Assembly: GCA_043228905.1 (NCBI GenBank)
Contig: JBHGNT010000005.1
Coordinates: 1,364,001-1,428,000 of the forward strand
Origin: Azolla caroliniana
Taxonomy: Eukaryota > Plantae > Polypodiophyta
Direction of reading: 5' to 3'
Length of the DNA: 64,000 bases
This document shows, in pieces, positions 61,236 through 64,000 of this stretch (the first letter of the stretch is position 1; each line of letters begins with the position of its first letter). The notes under the pieces are model-generated. The model was not told the DNA's origin. It ran no database searches and saw nothing but the letters and a program-made list of their open reading frames with translations. Made by a program: the position numbers and the translations under genes.

Positions 61236-63779
61236 ATGAGAGAGAGAGAGAGAGAGAAGTTGCTAAGCATTTGAGTTTATGTTGTGGCAAAAAGAAAGGA
61301 AAAGATGGGAGCTACATGGATTTCAATGGGATTATCCAGCTCTTGCCCCACTAGGCCACAGGCTCGATTCATCACTTACATAGGTGATTCATGATAATTG
61401 GATTCAGATATGCATTTTAATGGCTCATCACTTACGTAGGCGATTCGTCAACACTGGATTTGGATATGCATTTGATGGCTCGTCACTCTTCGTTACTGCA
61501 AGACATGATGCATCAACAAGAGAAACCATGAACCTATATATATACATATACATATATTGTGATGCAACTTTTTATTGAGAAAGAAGGATTGTTGCATGTG
61601 AAAATTAAGATCAAGGCATCTTGGTGGCAATTTCTCAATCGGCAACATCCTTTTACACTCTATATGCACTTAGTTGATAAGATCTTGGCAAGAAGCTTTG
61701 TCTTATCTTGAATGCGCACCATCAAATAATCAAGAGCAATGTAATTCATTGTAGAAGGGATTACGTGTTTTTCTTCTCAAATGTTACATTCGAAACTTTG
61801 AGATCGTAACCCTAATTGCAACTCAAATGTTTGTTGCAATTAGGGTTGTTAGAAGTGGGTGATCTAGTTTATATGGAATCTCAAATGTTGTTAGAGTTTG
61901 ATGATGCTAAAAGATTGTCATGTACTCCACCAAACTATAGCTTTATTTGGTTAAAGTTGCCAAGTATAGAATTGTTTTAGGGGTGTTTGCCTATAAAGAC
62001 AAATCGTCAACCTTCTATGGATTGGTGTTCGAAGGGTGCTATACAATTGTCAAAGGTAAGTACTACTAATATGTTATATCACCATTCCATAATGTCACTT
62101 TCATGTCTCTCATTTGAAGCACCAATTGAAAATGAGTGGAATGTCGGCAACCTTGATGCAGGGTAGTGAAATATGTTGCAACATAATTGGTCTTCTCAAT
62201 TGTTGTTTCAATCCGAAGTGTTCATTTGGAGAGTGATAATTGGGGGCCTTGCTTTCTTGAAGAAAGGAGTGACAACATGCACATGTTTCTTTTTCATCTA
62301 TTCAATTGGATGATGATATACATTGTTTCATTCAATGCGCTATTGCGCATGCTATTCAAAAATATTTATTGGAAATAAAGGAAGTTTTGTCTTTCTATTA
62401 CCTAATGTCTTGACAATAGATCTTTCACAATATGTATGTGCAAATGGGCCACGTATGAGCCAGAAATCAAGACGTAAATCATTTTCCAATTTTTAAGGTT
62501 TGGGGGGTCGCAACATAATTGGAATATGCGCCATGTATTAATGTTTGATGGTAGACATTGAGTCAATGCATTCATTATATAGTCGAAACTTGAAAGGCAT
62601 ACTTGCGTGGCAACTGTGGATGCTAGAGCATGTAGGGATTGTTTGATCATGTGGGTAATCGACTTTTTTTATGGCATTGGGGAATGTCCCTCTCCCTTGT
62701 AAGGAGGGCAACAATATTGTAATGGTGGCTTTTACATACATATAAATTACAATTAATTTAATTATGCGGTAAACCATAAAAAAGGAGATTTGCCTATGTA
62801 AAACATTCCATGCATGTATGTTTGAGAATATTTGTTGTAATTGAGGATGCACATTGTGCCATTTAAAGCGAAATGTCTATCTAGATAGTTCACGATTGCC
62901 CAATGTTGTGAATGCAAGCTTGAATATGCTCGAAGGTGGAGTGTTAGTACAATGCAAATCGCGAGCTTGTCATTGAGAAAGTAGAAATAGGTTGAATAAT
63001 ATTTTTGTCTACGTAATAGTAAATCAACTTCAAACCTGCTACCAACTATTATTATCCATCCTTGCATGGAGAGTGGGTGGAGAGTATGGATTTATTGGAG
63101 GGAGAGACATCCCTCATAATATTTTTGAATGTGTAAATGGCTAGCTAAAGAATCAAATCAAGAATTCGTGATGTTGTGAGTAGACATGGAGAAGACATAT
63201 GATTAAAAGAATCACATTCTCATCTAATTGTTGGGCGCGCTCCGAGAAGGGGATAAATATCCCAAATTCTAAAAGGGACAAGGTGGGTGTCGCCCAGGTT
63301 GGAAGTTTGCGTCAATGACAAAGAAACACAACAAATCCATAGTGACCAAATGGTTGCCCATGAATTTGGTTTGTTAGATAGGGAATAACATAATTACAAG
63401 TATCATGGAATGTTTATAAAATAGTAACACTTAAAAAAATGTTGTCCAAAGAAATGGAATTTAAATGTCAATCTTGCTTTCCTTGGTGAGTAGTCAATGA
63501 TTGCAATGCTTAGGGCCCTCAAAGCAACCCGAGTGAAATGCATCTGGTGTTGCTTTGTATTCCAGAAACAACAAGCATTAGAGCACTCGAAGCAACCTGA
63601 GTGAAATGCACAAGGTGGCACTTTGTGTTCCGGAAACAACAAGCACGATCATCTATATGCAATCATATCCTATATTGTATACATATCATGAAAATCGACT
63701 TAGAGCATGTCAAAGAAAGACTCCCCATCCTGCAAGGTCATTCGTGGACCACGCATAGATTCTCTGTGTTGTCTGTAGA

Positions 63780-63942
63780 CACTATATGTGTATTATGTAT
63801 ATATTGTTAGGAACTCTAAGCTAATCCCAACTATATATATCTATATCATATATGTATACACACACATATACATACATACATATATGTGCATATATTGTTA
63901 GGAACTCTAAGCTAATCCTTATTCGTCTTAGAGTTCCTAACA
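63780..63942. repeat. Direct and inverted copies of tgttaggaactctaag in a TA/CA-rich tract
   Basis: tatattgttaggaactctaagctaatcc occurs twice; the second copy pairs with cttagagttcctaaca (63927-63942). Confidence 0.75.
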
Positions 63943-64000
63943 CACACATACATATACGAGCGCACGCACACACACACACACAATGTATGTATGTATGTAT

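Overview
Eukaryotic land-plant nuclear DNA (spliceosomal introns, plant-specific gene families; a fern or other non-seed plant is my inference, not established). Six intact protein-coding genes were reconstructed exon by exon: a DCD-domain protein, Lhcb4/CP29, an intronless CYP77/CYP89-like P450, an 11-coding-exon long-form MYB3R, a membrane-anchored MORN-repeat protein and a COV1/LCV protein. They are separated by decayed Ty3/gypsy remnants, LINE fragments, SINE- and MITE-like elements and many GA/CT microsatellites. The dominant unusual structure (22736-32381) is a very young Ty1/copia element arranged as an inverted repeat with two 3818-bp arms. It has three LTRs, a microhomology junction at a hairpin in the truncated central LTR, a palindromic TATA box and mismatched flanks (a SINE on the left, a LINE on the right). 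It lies just upstream of the MYB3R promoter and contains a 100-N scaffold gap, so misassembly is a live alternative. Other leads are LINE and SINE copies repeatedly embedded in (GA/CT)n tracts, MSA- and CHR-like motifs plus a GC-AG intron in MYB3R, and an unidentified decayed 198-codon frame in LCV intron 1.
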